Part shown: piece by piece, positions 19,111-29,201 of the stretch
Position numbering within the stretch: position 1 is the first letter of the stretch
How the letters are laid out: each line of letters begins with the position of its first letter
Source: a virus
Taxonomy: Duplodnaviria; Caudoviricetes
Length of the DNA: 64,000 nucleotides
Strand: one strand, 5' to 3'
Virus record (IMG/VR): IMGVR_UViG_3300020045_003390
Location: 15,312 to 79,311 of that record
The notes under the pieces: model-generated
Told to the model about the DNA's origin: nothing
Databases searched by the model: none
What the model saw: the letters and a program-made list of their open reading frames with translations, nothing else
Made by a program: the position numbers and the translations under genes

Positions 19111-19631
19111 GCTTTTTATTGATAAAAAATACAGTAGGAGTAGTGATCGGTCATCTGGACTTTGATGCGGTGGTGTTGGCTGAAGGTTTCACAAAAGAAA
19201 TTGTCGATACACCACCAGACGGAACGGTTGTAGTTCCACCAGCTACAGTCAGTAGACTGCTAGCCTATGCTCAAAACACTGCATTTACTCCACAGACCAC
19301 TCAAACAATTGATGACTGCCTTGGGTTATCAATTACCATTAATGTACTTGAGGGGCAGGTTGTCAAACTATCCGCTTATCAACCCGCAATGTCTTGCTTT
19401 GTGACAACTGATAGATCGGATTTTTCAATTTGGGAGGGTGACACCCAGATTCAATGTGCGCAGGGTGCATCAACTCCAGTTGGTGTTGCATTAAGTCCCT
19501 CTATAGTTTTGATGCCCTCCCCCGGACAACATACATTCCGTGCTCGGTTTGCCAGTGCGACTGGTACAAATACAATGATTTGTAATGTATCGTCGTCTAT
19601 GCCTTCTTATATTATGGCAGAACTTTTATGA
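19107..19631 (+). CDS. Beta-sandwich protein, possible second adsorption protein
   Basis: LSITINV...PGQHTFRARF...SYIMAELL jelly-roll-like pattern; tail context. Confidence 0.45.
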   Translation: MSFLLIKNTVGVVIGHLDFDAVVLAEGFTKEIVDTPPDGTVVVPPATVSRLLAYAQNTAFTPQTTQTIDDCLGLSITINVLEGQVVKLSAYQPAMSCFVTTDRSDFSIWEGDTQIQCAQGASTPVGVALSPSIVLMPSPGQHTFRARFASATGTNTMICNVSSSMPSYIMAELL

Positions 19632-20356
19632 CTTACTTTTCATCATTATCAAAGAGCAATGTTTATGCTAATGAATTTGACGTAACTATTCGTAATCTGA
19701 GTGGTCCAAAGAAACGTGGAGTTTTATATGTGCATGGCTCTGAGGGGGTTAATGGTGGTGCATTCGAATGGCTAAAGCATTCCGAAAGGACAAAAATTAT
19801 CACTGCACTAGTGATGGCTGGATTTACTGTTGTATCTGCGGATCTTGGAGGTAATTATACCTGGGGTAATGATACTTCTATGTCTCGCATTACTGCAGCC
19901 AAAAATTATCTACACACTCTAGGGGTTCTTCCGGGAAAGATCGGTCTTATCGGATCATCTATGGGGGCGCTAAACGCACTCAACTGGGCTGCTGTAAACC
20001 CGTCCGATGTTGCTTGCGTTGTTGGAATGATCCCAGTTATTGACCTCACTGATGTACACGCAAATAATCGTGGAGGTTGTGCTGCATCAATCAATACCGC
20101 CTATACAGGTGGATACTCCGAAGGTGCATTTGGTGCAGTTCATAACCCTTCCACTAATGCCGTTACAAAATTCTCTAGTTTTCCCATTCAACTCTGGTAC
20201 GGCGTGTCTGATGTTATCGTTGCCCCGTCTACAGTTACTGCATTTAAGGATGCAGTAGGTGCCTCTTGCTCCACATATGCATTGGCGGGAGGACATGCCG
20301 AATCGACGTATGGTCTAATTGATATAAATAGTATCGTTTCTTTCATAGGCGCGTAA
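19628..20356 (+). CDS. Alpha/beta-hydrolase (putative esterase)
   Basis: LYVHG; G-S-S-M-G nucleophile elbow; candidate Asp in GVSDVIV and His in GGHAE. Confidence 0.8.
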   Translation: MTYFSSLSKSNVYANEFDVTIRNLSGPKKRGVLYVHGSEGVNGGAFEWLKHSERTKIITALVMAGFTVVSADLGGNYTWGNDTSMSRITAAKNYLHTLGVLPGKIGLIGSSMGALNALNWAAVNPSDVACVVGMIPVIDLTDVHANNRGGCAASINTAYTGGYSEGAFGAVHNPSTNAVTKFSSFPIQLWYGVSDVIVAPSTVTAFKDAVGASCSTYALAGGHAESTYGLIDINSIVSFIGA

Positions 20357-20411
20357 ATTAATAAAAGCCAAGAACTAAAATTGGCTTATTATAAAATAAT
20401 AATAAAAGTGT

Positions 20412-20783
20412 ATGGGAATTATGGAATATAAAAGAAAAGACGATAGTACAGTGCAAGTAATCGCTGAACGAATTGATAACCTCCACACTCACATTAGTGA
20501 CCTACGGGATTCGATGAAGGACAGCATGAAAGAAATGGCCGCTGCTGTTAATAAACTAGTCAAAATTGAAGAGGGGCAAGTACACATGATGCAAGCTCAT
20601 ATCCGATTGGTTGAATTGCAAGATAAACAAGTACAGCGATGCGATGAATTGGAGAAACGCTTGGATGCTCTAGAAGCAGATGTTCCGATGAATCGGCAGA
20701 TTCGTAACTGGGTGATCAGTGCTGTAACAGGCATTGTAGCACTAGTAGGAATGTTTGCAGCTAAGTTCATGGGTTTGATGTAG
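20412..20783 (+). CDS. Holin-like / lysis membrane protein
   Basis: Coiled coil plus a single C-terminal TM helix, directly upstream of endolysin. Confidence 0.55.
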   Translation: MGIMEYKRKDDSTVQVIAERIDNLHTHISDLRDSMKDSMKEMAAAVNKLVKIEEGQVHMMQAHIRLVELQDKQVQRCDELEKRLDALEADVPMNRQIRNWVISAVTGIVALVGMFAAKFMGLM

Positions 20784-20804
20784 CTATAGAAAAGAAATCA
20801 GCAT

Positions 20805-21344
20805 ATGTCTAAATTAAAATACTTTCCGCATATTGCTGGCTCCTTAGTCTTGGCAAGTGCAGCAAGTGTAGGTATTCTACACAAGTGGGAACCTGCTAAG
20901 GGTGCTCCTGATGCTCATCTATTTGTGTACGAAGATAAGATTGCCCACAATGTTTTGACTGTCTGTTCTGGGATAACCAATGCAGTCAGCAAGAAAAAAC
21001 TTCTCAAGGGTGATAAGTGGACAGAGCAGGAGTGCACTGAAAATGAAGAGTACGCCTTGGAGAAACTTCAAACTAAACTTGCTTTGTGCTTTACTAGATT
21101 ACCACCTCAAAGTATCTTCGATGCTGCTACATCACACGGATGGAACTTTGGTGTAGGAAAGACTTGTGGTTCTGTTGCTATGACGCAATGGAATCTAGGA
21201 AATTATAGAATTGGTTGTCAACTACTTGCTTATCAGTACGATGGCAAGACTCCCGCTTGGAGCTACTCCGATGGGAAGTTTTACAAAGGCTTGCATAATC
21301 GTAGAATTGATGAAATGAATGTTTGCTTAAAGGATGTGAAATGA
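20805..21344 (+). CDS. SAR-type endolysin (GH24 lysozyme)
   Basis: Weakly hydrophobic Ala/Gly/Ser-rich N-terminus before catalytic WE; YED...LTVCSGIT; FNFG-like WNFGVG; GLHNRRIDE. Confidence 0.85.
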   Translation: MSKLKYFPHIAGSLVLASAASVGILHKWEPAKGAPDAHLFVYEDKIAHNVLTVCSGITNAVSKKKLLKGDKWTEQECTENEEYALEKLQTKLALCFTRLPPQSIFDAATSHGWNFGVGKTCGSVAMTQWNLGNYRIGCQLLAYQYDGKTPAWSYSDGKFYKGLHNRRIDEMNVCLKDVK

Positions 21345-21865
21345 TTAAAGACATGCTATCATTTTTTGTTGATTGGAAAGTCAAGTTAGCTATCGTCCTC
21401 TTTGTTCTAGCTGGACTATTCACTTATCACAAAGTGATTGTACATGAAGCTGTCACAGAAGCTATTTCAGATATTCAAACCCAGCAAGTAAAAGAAAACT
21501 TCAAGCTAAAAGAACGCTCTCTTAATACTCAGATTGCTCTGCAAGAATATTTCGATAAAATTCAAAAGGACAAGGATGAAAAACTTAAATCTCTTAATTC
21601 TCGTGTTGCTTCTCTCACTCTCAGCCTGCAGCAACGTCCCTCTCGCGCAGAGCCAAGCGGAGTTTCCGACAATCCCGGAAATGAAGAAACTAGACAAGGA
21701 AGTACTGGAGCTGAACTTTATAGAGAGGATTCAGAATTTTTACTCAGGGAAGCTACCAGAGCAGAACTGATTAAGGAAGAGTTGCTCACCTGCTACAGAA
21801 GATATGACACAGCAAAAGAAACCTTAGACAAGTTCAAAGCAGATAATGCCTCTAGCAAGCCTTAA
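21341..21865 (+). CDS. i-spanin (Rz-like)
   Basis: N-terminal TM helix plus coiled coil after endolysin. Confidence 0.8.
   Translation: MIKDMLSFFVDWKVKLAIVLFVLAGLFTYHKVIVHEAVTEAISDIQTQQVKENFKLKERSLNTQIALQEYFDKIQKDKDEKLKSLNSRVASLTLSLQQRPSRAEPSGVSDNPGNEETRQGSTGAELYREDSEFLLREATRAELIKEELLTCYRRYDTAKETLDKFKADNASSKP
21576..21770 (+). CDS. o-spanin (Rz1-like) embedded lipoprotein
   Basis: MKNLNLLILVLLLSLSA-C lipobox in alternative frame; RBS AAGGACAAGG. Confidence 0.8.
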   Translation: MKNLNLLILVLLLSLSACSNVPLAQSQAEFPTIPEMKKLDKEVLELNFIERIQNFYSGKLPEQN

Positions 21866-21931
21866 AACACCCCTAGAATCGTTTAGAAATAAAAAGAAGT
21901 ACAGTGGTATCAAAATCAGGGAAAGACGATT

Positions 21932-22279
21932 ATGGAAGTGTTAAAGCTCTTGAAGGATTCTCCTAAGAAAAGCAATTGCTTGCTATGGGCAATCCCCAGA
22001 TGGATTGCTAAAGGTAGACAAGACCAGTCTCCTTATTTTATTATCCCATTGGGTAAATGGAAATTACTCCTGAGATGGTCACGTATCCCTTGGGGATTCC
22101 TTCATTGTCTCTTAGGGGAGATGGACCCAGTAACAGGACAGATACAAGTCATAAGCTATAAGCCTCCGCTTGGTCATCATAAGACTGGGATTGCACTTAC
22201 TTTTGAAGGCCATGTAGTTGAAGGTGATTCTATTATTCGATGGGTAGAAATGTCCGAAGAAGTATCAGGGCATGGTTAG
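21932..22279 (+). CDS. Hypothetical protein after lysis cassette
   Basis: ORF with NCLLWAIPRW...RWSR...HCLLG; function unknown. Confidence 0.55.
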   Translation: MEVLKLLKDSPKKSNCLLWAIPRWIAKGRQDQSPYFIIPLGKWKLLLRWSRIPWGFLHCLLGEMDPVTGQIQVISYKPPLGHHKTGIALTFEGHVVEGDSIIRWVEMSEEVSGHG

Positions 22280-22297
22280 TACAATTTAGAAATGAAT

Positions 22298-22337
22298 AAA
22301 CCCCGTACGGCATCTCGCTATACGGGGTTTTGTTTTT
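22298..22337. terminator. Bidirectional terminator between convergent gene blocks
   Basis: AAACCCCGTA...TACGGGGTTTTGTTTTT. Confidence 0.85.
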
Positions 22338-22338
22338 G

Positions 22339-23418
22339 TCAGCGCGGAATATTATTCTCGTCACACCACTTATAGAAGCTCTTTTCTGAAAATCCATCAC
22401 TAATACTGATGAAATCATGGCCAATCTTTTTCATATACGCGCAACGTTGAAGTTCAGCTTTCCATGCTTTTATATTGTCTTCGTAGAAGTACCAACTTCC
22501 CATCCACGATGTATCACCTCTAGATGAGTTCTCATACTTCCAGCCGAAAAGTTTAGGCAAGAGTTTATTTTCATATTCAACCTTGCACTTTTGGTAGTCT
22601 TCTTTCGCTTTTAGGTTCTTGTGCTCAGCCAGCCCCAATTGAAGTCTGATGTATGGGGTATAGTCTTGAATCCTAATTAAATCTTTCATGTTTTTCCCTT
22701 CTTTGTCTATTCTTTTACTTTATCAAAGCTCAGATAGTCTGTGTAGATATACTCAACCGTTTCAGCAGGCACATCTTCAAACTTAAAGCTAAAATAATCT
22801 GAAGGGTCACTGATTTTTGCCCCTAGTTTTTCTTTTGTATCAAAGTCTTCTAGAGATGGGCTGCCACAACAACCACATCCATAAATGAAAATTTTGTACT
22901 TCTGGCTGAGATTTGTAAGTTCTTTCAGGAACTCTTGTTCACGTTCTTCGTAGTTCATTTGTACTCCTTTCATTTACTATCCTCTATCATCTTAGAGACA
23001 ATCCCTTTCAGAACATCCCACTCTTCATTGCCAGATTCCCACCACTGTACTAACTCTGTCCAACTTACTTTCATTGATGATGTAGTAAATTCTTCTGGAA
23101 ATGAGAAGACTTCTTCTACGTGCAAGCTTCTGCACTGTCCTGCAATACAATCTTGATTACCACAGAATGGGCATCCACCAATTAGAAAAGTTTGCATTTA
23201 GATTCCTTTAATTTACGTTTCTCAAACATTATATACCGAGCATGGTGACAGTAGTGATAGCCCTGTGTGAGTAGCCATTCAAAATCAAGTACAGCCTCGT
23301 GTATCGTATCTTTGCAACCTACTGGTTCCATGCACACAATGTAGTGCTCTGTCTCTGCTATAACATTATACTTAGTTCCACGAGGGGTTTTTATCGTTCT
23401 TAATATAGGTTGAATCAT
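22339..23418 (-). CDS. Four tandem small hypothetical proteins (22339-22689, 22707-22958, 22970-23197, 23182-23418)
   Basis: Closely packed ORFs with RBSs. Confidence 0.55.
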
Positions 23419-23422
23419 CTTG

Positions 23423-23989
23423 TTATCCTTTCAAAACTTTCATATCGTTCGCAGCAAAGCTGTTCACTTTCAATTCATAATACCTAGCCAAGAACAAATT
23501 CTTAGCATCTTCTGGTGACAACGGAACAATCTTCTCAGGATGTGGTTCGATCCCTTCAATGCACTCCCAAGGTAAACCATCAATAGCGTCCGGCATTAGA
23601 TCACGTTTTTCAGTAGCTAAGGCTCGTAGATCAGCCTGCTTAACACTCGGATGCATTATAACAGGTAAACCGAAGTGTCCTAGCACTGCTGCTTCTACTC
23701 TGTGTTCAATAGTCTTGTAATCTGAGAGCATAGCCTTCAAAGGTGTTGCTACGTCACCAATGTATGCTTCTCCAGCATCATGCATAAGACCTTCCATTGC
23801 ATGTTCTGGTGGGACTAAGTAGCTGACTAAAACACAATGTTGCGAGACTGGGTAGAACAAAGTCACATGACCTGTAAACCTACAGATGTGACTCAGTGCA
23901 TGAGCAATTGTATCAATATCAATGTAGCTCTTCTCAGGTTCATCAAAGTTGAAGTAATGTCCTGATTGTGTAAGAATACTCGGATGCAT
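23423..23989 (-). CDS. HD-domain 5'-deoxynucleotidase (YfbR/YfdR-like)
   Basis: IAHALSHICRFTGH...YPVSQHC...LMHDAGEAYIGD...VKQAD. Confidence 0.85.
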   Translation of the reverse strand: MHPSILTQSGHYFNFDEPEKSYIDIDTIAHALSHICRFTGHVTLFYPVSQHCVLVSYLVPPEHAMEGLMHDAGEAYIGDVATPLKAMLSDYKTIEHRVEAAVLGHFGLPVIMHPSVKQADLRALATEKRDLMPDAIDGLPWECIEGIEPHPEKIVPLSPEDAKNLFLARYYELKVNSFAANDMKVLKG

Positions 23990-23999
23990 TATTTTCCTT

Positions 24000-24194
24000 T
24001 CAAATAGCAGGGAGTTTAAGCACTAAACAAACATATCCAGCACCTTGCTTGAGTAGTTCATCTTTGTTTTCTTGATTCTGCTTCTGTGCATCAATCAGAC
24101 AAGACTCAACTGATTTGTAAGGTTTAACGAGTGTAGGTGCTTCTGTTCCTATAGCAGATGCAGCAGTGATAAGACTTAAGATGGCTTGAATCAT
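24000..24194 (-). CDS. Small exported protein
   Basis: Hydrophobic N-terminus, two Cys. Confidence 0.5.
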   Translation of the reverse strand: MIQAILSLITAASAIGTEAPTLVKPYKSVESCLIDAQKQNQENKDELLKQGAGYVCLVLKLPAI

Positions 24195-24197
24195 GGG

Positions 24198-24953
24198 TTA
24201 CTCCTCTGGTTTAGGTGGTAAGTTATTCTCTGCTACATTCTTTGCAATAAGTTGTTCTGTCATCTTCACTGCATGATTAACAGCATCTTCAGTAGCCCAG
24301 AATGCATAGCAGTTGTCATGATTTACAACATTTACCCACTGAGAGTCCCAAAGGCGAACTTCTGTAGGTTCTGTGCATACTGTAAGTAAGTCTCGTAAAT
24401 CTTGGGCAAACGATTCCAAAGTAGAACTCTTCACAGTGACGTTGTTGATGGCTCGGGTATCCATGGCGTCTGCGAGTTCATACAACTTTGATACTGCACT
24501 TTCAATCTTCCGTCCCTGCAATTGCCCAAAGTCACTGATGTATTGCAGGTTTAGTTCTTGGATTTCTTCACGAAGCCTGTTACGCTGCTTGCGATACGCA
24601 TCCGCTGCGAGGGATTTGGCATCTAGTTTAGCTTGTAGTTCCTGATTTTCTTTCCGAAGTTCGTAGTTTCGAGTTGACACTTTATCTAGCTCTTCACGGT
24701 ATGCCTGCTCCAAGTATGCAAGTGCTACACGAAGTTCATCATTCTCTGCTTTCATTCCCGCCATTATACTATGTGGGCCTGCGTTATGCGAGACACGTTT
24801 GTTCCATGTCTCGATTTTACTTGTAGATAACTTCTTCAGCAATGCAGCCTCAATCTCAGCAGCAAAGCACCCCTCAAGATCGCGTCCTTCTCCCATCACC
24901 TTACGGGCAGCAGTCATGCACTCTTGGATTTCATCTGGTGTAAGTATACTCAT
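24198..24953 (-). CDS. Coiled-coil hypothetical protein
   Basis: 251-aa ORF with heptad-rich middle. Confidence 0.6.
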   Translation of the reverse strand: MSILTPDEIQECMTAARKVMGEGRDLEGCFAAEIEAALLKKLSTSKIETWNKRVSHNAGPHSIMAGMKAENDELRVALAYLEQAYREELDKVSTRNYELRKENQELQAKLDAKSLAADAYRKQRNRLREEIQELNLQYISDFGQLQGRKIESAVSKLYELADAMDTRAINNVTVKSSTLESFAQDLRDLLTVCTEPTEVRLWDSQWVNVVNHDNCYAFWATEDAVNHAVKMTEQLIAKNVAENNLPPKPEE

Positions 24954-25047
24954 TGTTCGTCTCCTTCACACATTAGCACTACAGCAATAAGCATAATAAA
25001 GTACAAAGCAGAGTCTGTGATGAAGTTCTTGATTTTGGTGTAAGTGT

Positions 25048-25364
25048 TCATTGCTGGCCTTTCATGGCTGCGTCTACAAGCGCGTCTGCTTCTTCTTCAT
25101 ACACAGCTTCTTCATCACTTGCACGGACAAGTAGAAGCCAATCCTCTGCAACAGGTACAGCATTTGGATCGCGCAGCCACCGATACCGCTCCGCATCAGC
25201 CTTGTCCGAGTTGCAATCATTGCTTCGTTCAAGTCAACCTTGTATTGCTCAAGCTCCATCTCCAACTGTCGCAATACACCCCTATTGATCAGCAGTGTAT
25301 TGTGGTCTGTAATTTTGCCTGTGATATCATAAAGACTTGGCAGGTCATCACTCATTGTAGTCAT
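25048..25364 (-). pseudogene. Frameshifted Ead/Ea22-like gene
   Basis: N-terminal frame starts at RBS+ATG 25364; DAERYRWLRD...LVDAAM motif lies in the -1 frame, whose TGA overlaps the next ATG. Confidence 0.6.
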
Positions 25365-25385
25365 TTCAAACTCCTTTCGTATAGA

Positions 25386-25426
25386 TAAAAGAAAACCCAA
25401 CACAAACCTTGCGATCCATGTTGGGC
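25386..25426 (-). terminator. Terminator after RNR
   Basis: CCCAACA/TGTTGGG stem with GCAA-capped inner hairpin and U-tract on - strand. Confidence 0.7.
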
Positions 25427-25455
25427 ATCTTACTGCATTAAATTTTAGTTGTCAA
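25427..25455 (-). promoter_or_regulatory. sigma70 promoter abutting the terminator
   Basis: TTGACA-17 nt-TAAGAT. Confidence 0.75.
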
Positions 25456-25478
25456 GTGGTTTTGCTGAAAACTTTTGT

Positions 25479-27407
25479 TTACTTGATTGGGCACATCCCG
25501 CCAGCACAGTCATCAGCAGCTTCAAAGTCAATGCCACCAGCAACACCAGTGATCAAACGAGTCCTAGCCACAAGTTCATTGTACTGCTGTTCAGAGATTT
25601 CTTCCATAGGAGCCTGATCAAATCCATGATCATTGTGCAAAAGAAATGATAGACTCTTGTGACAGTCTTTGTAGTTCTTTGCAAGGTACTCCTTGATTGT
25701 AGGGAGTTCCTCTTTACGATAATACACTGTACAGCTTACACTGTTGTCTGACCAATCCTTCTGGAGTTTCTTCACCGCTTCAAGTTGCTGAATTGCAGTC
25801 ATCTCAGATGCCAACACTGTACCTCCTGGGTACTTGAATGGAAAAGAAACAACAACTGTACTACGGTCTTCTGAACCATCAAAGTTCCGTTGGTATTCAA
25901 CAGGATAACCATGATCTTTACAGACTTGCACCAGAGAGTGCGAAGAACTGATACGAATACGGCGAATCATGAACTGACTGTAAGCAGGGTGAATACCTGG
26001 GGTTACACCGGGCAATAAACTCAGTGTTCCTGATGGTTTGCATGTCGCCAACTTGATACTGACAGGCCATTTCTGTTTTGCTGAATACTCCTTATCGAAT
26101 GCCCTCAATTCTACATACGCCTTTTCTAGCCAACTTCTTTGCTCTGCTGTAGCCTGTAGTACGCCTGTCACTCCAATGCCCATACGCATGTTCGTATTCA
26201 CAACTTTTTCTGTTTCCTTGTTGTGGCAAGGCAAAGCAAGGCTGTGTTTGTTAATACGGTATAGCAGTTTTGAAAGATCAACAAACTCTTCATAAGAAGG
26301 TACGTTTGGTAGGAACACTTCTGCAAGGCAGCAAGTTTCAAAGTTAGCCAGAGATTGCTCAGCACAAGGATTGTAACCTTGCACATCAGGATCAGGATAA
26401 TTAGTATCTCCCAATCGTCCAACCTTACGGCTAAGATCAAGATTAATCAAACCAAATGGTTCACCTTTACCTTCGTAGCCTTCCCAGAAGTAATCATGCA
26501 ATTCACTGATGTCATTACAGACTACACTGTTATTTGACATTGCTCTCCACGAAGGAATCGTGCCCATGTCCCAACGCTTGGACAACAAGAATTCCACATC
26601 GTCAGCATCACCGATTGCAATCTGAGCACTTCTACGAACATTACCTGCAACCACTACAGCACCAATGATGTTCATAATATCAAGGCAGTCAATCGGTCGA
26701 ACTTTTTTACCTTTTCGTTTCTCAAGTACTTTAGAGATTTGTTCAACTCCCCAGCAAAGGTCTTCAGGACCTGAAGCAGTACCACCAAAGCCTTTAATTG
26801 GGGCACCCTTACCACGAATCAATTGTGTGCTGTATGTAAACGTCTGATGACCTGTTTCATGCGCAAGGAAGGCAGCTTTTAGAGTCTTACCTAGGAGTGC
26901 TACCCAACCCTCTCGCGTGTCTGGAACAATGAAATCTGCACTAGACAAGTCAACCCTTTTAGGTGCTTTAAAATTCTTTCGTACTTTCGGTAGCTTGTCT
27001 ACATTATATTTCTGAATGTTGTAACCAACCCCAGAACCAAGCATTAGCATATCCATGGCCCAAGTAAAAGGTCTAACAGGAGCATCGACTACAACAAAGG
27101 CACAATTCTGAAGTGAAGCCAGCCCAAGTTTACCTACTGTATCAGTTCCGAGTTGCCAGAGGAAACGACCTGCTACTGTACCTTTCAATTGCAGCATGTA
27201 GTCTTTAAGTCGGGTTTCTTCTTCTGTGGTGAAGTTACATTTCAATTGGGACTGTGAAGCAGACACAACACGGTTGACTGTATCTTTCCATTCTTCGGTT
27301 GTACTGTTTGTATCTTGCTCATCTAACCTTCGAGCGTAGGTTCTTTTATATGTGAGGTAGCCAACACTAGACCACGGGGTTGTTTGTTCTTGTTTTGTTT
27401 CTTGCAT
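25479..27407 (-). CDS. nrdJ: Class II (adenosylcobalamin-dependent) ribonucleotide reductase
   Basis: AGRFLW, SLQNC, VVAGNVRRSA, YNPCAE, TCKPSGT; no beta subunit gene nearby. Confidence 0.92.
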   Translation of the reverse strand: MQETKQEQTTPWSSVGYLTYKRTYARRLDEQDTNSTTEEWKDTVNRVVSASQSQLKCNFTTEEETRLKDYMLQLKGTVAGRFLWQLGTDTVGKLGLASLQNCAFVVVDAPVRPFTWAMDMLMLGSGVGYNIQKYNVDKLPKVRKNFKAPKRVDLSSADFIVPDTREGWVALLGKTLKAAFLAHETGHQTFTYSTQLIRGKGAPIKGFGGTASGPEDLCWGVEQISKVLEKRKGKKVRPIDCLDIMNIIGAVVVAGNVRRSAQIAIGDADDVEFLLSKRWDMGTIPSWRAMSNNSVVCNDISELHDYFWEGYEGKGEPFGLINLDLSRKVGRLGDTNYPDPDVQGYNPCAEQSLANFETCCLAEVFLPNVPSYEEFVDLSKLLYRINKHSLALPCHNKETEKVVNTNMRMGIGVTGVLQATAEQRSWLEKAYVELRAFDKEYSAKQKWPVSIKLATCKPSGTLSLLPGVTPGIHPAYSQFMIRRIRISSSHSLVQVCKDHGYPVEYQRNFDGSEDRSTVVVSFPFKYPGGTVLASEMTAIQQLEAVKKLQKDWSDNSVSCTVYYRKEELPTIKEYLAKNYKDCHKSLSFLLHNDHGFDQAPMEEISEQQYNELVARTRLITGVAGGIDFEAADDCAGGMCPIK

Positions 27408-27431
27408 TAATTATTTCCTTTGTTGTTAATC

Positions 27432-27776
27432 TTACTCAATTTCTACCTCACCACGCAATCTGTAGCAATCCACCAAAAGACGATTTCCAATTGCTTTATC
27501 TTTTGCTGCCTTAGATGCATATGGACTATCAATCCATGCCTTATCCAAACGGGAATTACACACCCAACGCCAAGTAGTTATGATATTTCCAAAACGATTC
27601 CTGTGTGTACAGTACTGTTTATCAACAGGAAAGTTATATACATCCAGTCCCAGATCAAAGAGCATCTCATTAAGCGTATCTGGATTTTCATCAATCCACT
27701 CTTCTATCAACCATGGCATAACCGTTTGTAGTTCTGAGAGGCTGATTGCCTCAAAAGCTGCAATATTTAAACTCAT
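27432..27776 (-). CDS. Hypothetical protein
   Basis: 114-aa ORF with RBS and own promoter. Confidence 0.6.
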   Translation of the reverse strand: MSLNIAAFEAISLSELQTVMPWLIEEWIDENPDTLNEMLFDLGLDVYNFPVDKQYCTHRNRFGNIITTWRWVCNSRLDKAWIDSPYASKAAKDKAIGNRLLVDCYRLRGEVEIE

Positions 27777-27808
27777 TTTTCTCCTTTCACGGAAGAAAGG
27801 GAATAGTC

Positions 27809-27837
27809 ATTATACCCTTGACTTCCTTAATTGTCTA
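27809..27837 (-). promoter_or_regulatory. sigma70 promoter upstream of RNR operon
   Basis: TAGACA-17 nt-TATAAT. Confidence 0.7.
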
Positions 27838-27842
27838 GTTAA

Positions 27843-28601
27843 TTATTTTGCTTCCAACAAAGCAGGCACTGATACAGGGAACAAAGGTTCAATGATTGCC
27901 TTTACTTTCTCAGCAACAATTCGACTTTCCTTTTGTGTATGTGGATCAAGCCTGAGTTTCAACATATCGCAATATGCCCCTAGAGTTCCACTCCACCACC
28001 AACTCGTTAGCATATTCTGAGGAAGAATCATCCTGGCTTGTTCTGCTGCGATGCCTGCATGAATCATAGCCTTGTACAACGTAACAGTATTTGCGAGATG
28101 ACTCTCAAGCATCTCTACCCCTTGATCAACACCCCACTGAAACTCCTGCGGGACATCCTTACCAAACTCGTGAACAATGTACCCTTCGAAACGTTCATCT
28201 GAACTTCCTTGCTTTACATTCTCTGCTTTCTTACGCCAGTATTCTGGAAAGTAAAATTCAGGCTCTGAATCGACGTATCTTCGACTGACTTCATTAATTG
28301 GCATGAACTTATGTTTCACTAACTGGCGGGCAACAAATATCGGAGCCTTGATTCGTAGAGTGATAAACGAATGATTAAACGGAGAGAAGTGCTTGTGCTT
28401 TGCTAGGTACTTAATCAGATTGGTGTCTTTTTGTGAAAGTACATTAACAAACTCAGCGTTGCGTTCCCGCTCATCTTCTCCGTAAGTCTCTACGACATCC
28501 CAAGAACTTTCCTTATCAAAACTCACCCTTGCTGCGTTAGCCACCATAAGGTCACTGCCTGTATGCTGGATATACTCAACCGAAATATCTGCTGTTTTCA
28601 T
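27843..28601 (-). CDS. thyX: Flavin-dependent thymidylate synthase
   Basis: VANAARVSF, HKHFSPF, APIFVARQLVKH...NEVSRRY, QARMILPQ. Confidence 0.95.
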   Translation of the reverse strand: MKTADISVEYIQHTGSDLMVANAARVSFDKESSWDVVETYGEDERERNAEFVNVLSQKDTNLIKYLAKHKHFSPFNHSFITLRIKAPIFVARQLVKHKFMPINEVSRRYVDSEPEFYFPEYWRKKAENVKQGSSDERFEGYIVHEFGKDVPQEFQWGVDQGVEMLESHLANTVTLYKAMIHAGIAAEQARMILPQNMLTSWWWSGTLGAYCDMLKLRLDPHTQKESRIVAEKVKAIIEPLFPVSVPALLEAK

Positions 28602-29201
28602 TTATACTCACCTACAGTAAAAACTGCATCTGTGATTCGCCAAACTACTTGATCTTTTCCAATCTTTTCAGTTTCGCCTGCGTTCATCAATCCTGCAACC
28701 TTGTAGATAACTACAGCCGTATCATCAGATGTTTTTAAGTAAACACCTGTCTCATAATGAAATAGTTTTCCTTTATAAATCTCGGAAAAATTGCACTGAC
28801 CGGGTTTAATTATTTGAATTTTCATTATTCTCCTTATACTTTTTAAAAACTTGCAACTCGTGCTCACATGCCCATGCTTTCGTACCGTCTACCATTTGGA
28901 CTAAAAGTACTTTTGGATTTTCAGTATATCCTAGACACTTAACAAGTCTCCGGTAGAGTGTCCTATTAGATGTATAAGTATAGAGGTGAGTAGCTTCACT
29001 CCACATTTTCATTCTTCCCTTTCATTCGGTCTTAGTACGCAAGTGTTTCGCATCGTTTCAGCATAGAACTCAAATCTACTGGTTTATCCGGTCCTGCAAC
29101 TGTAATCTCGTTGTTGATTACTACCTCAAGCCTTGCATTGATCTTCTTCAACTCAACCAAAATCTGAGCAAGTGCTGCAGACGTTTCTTCTTTTGTCATA
29201 T

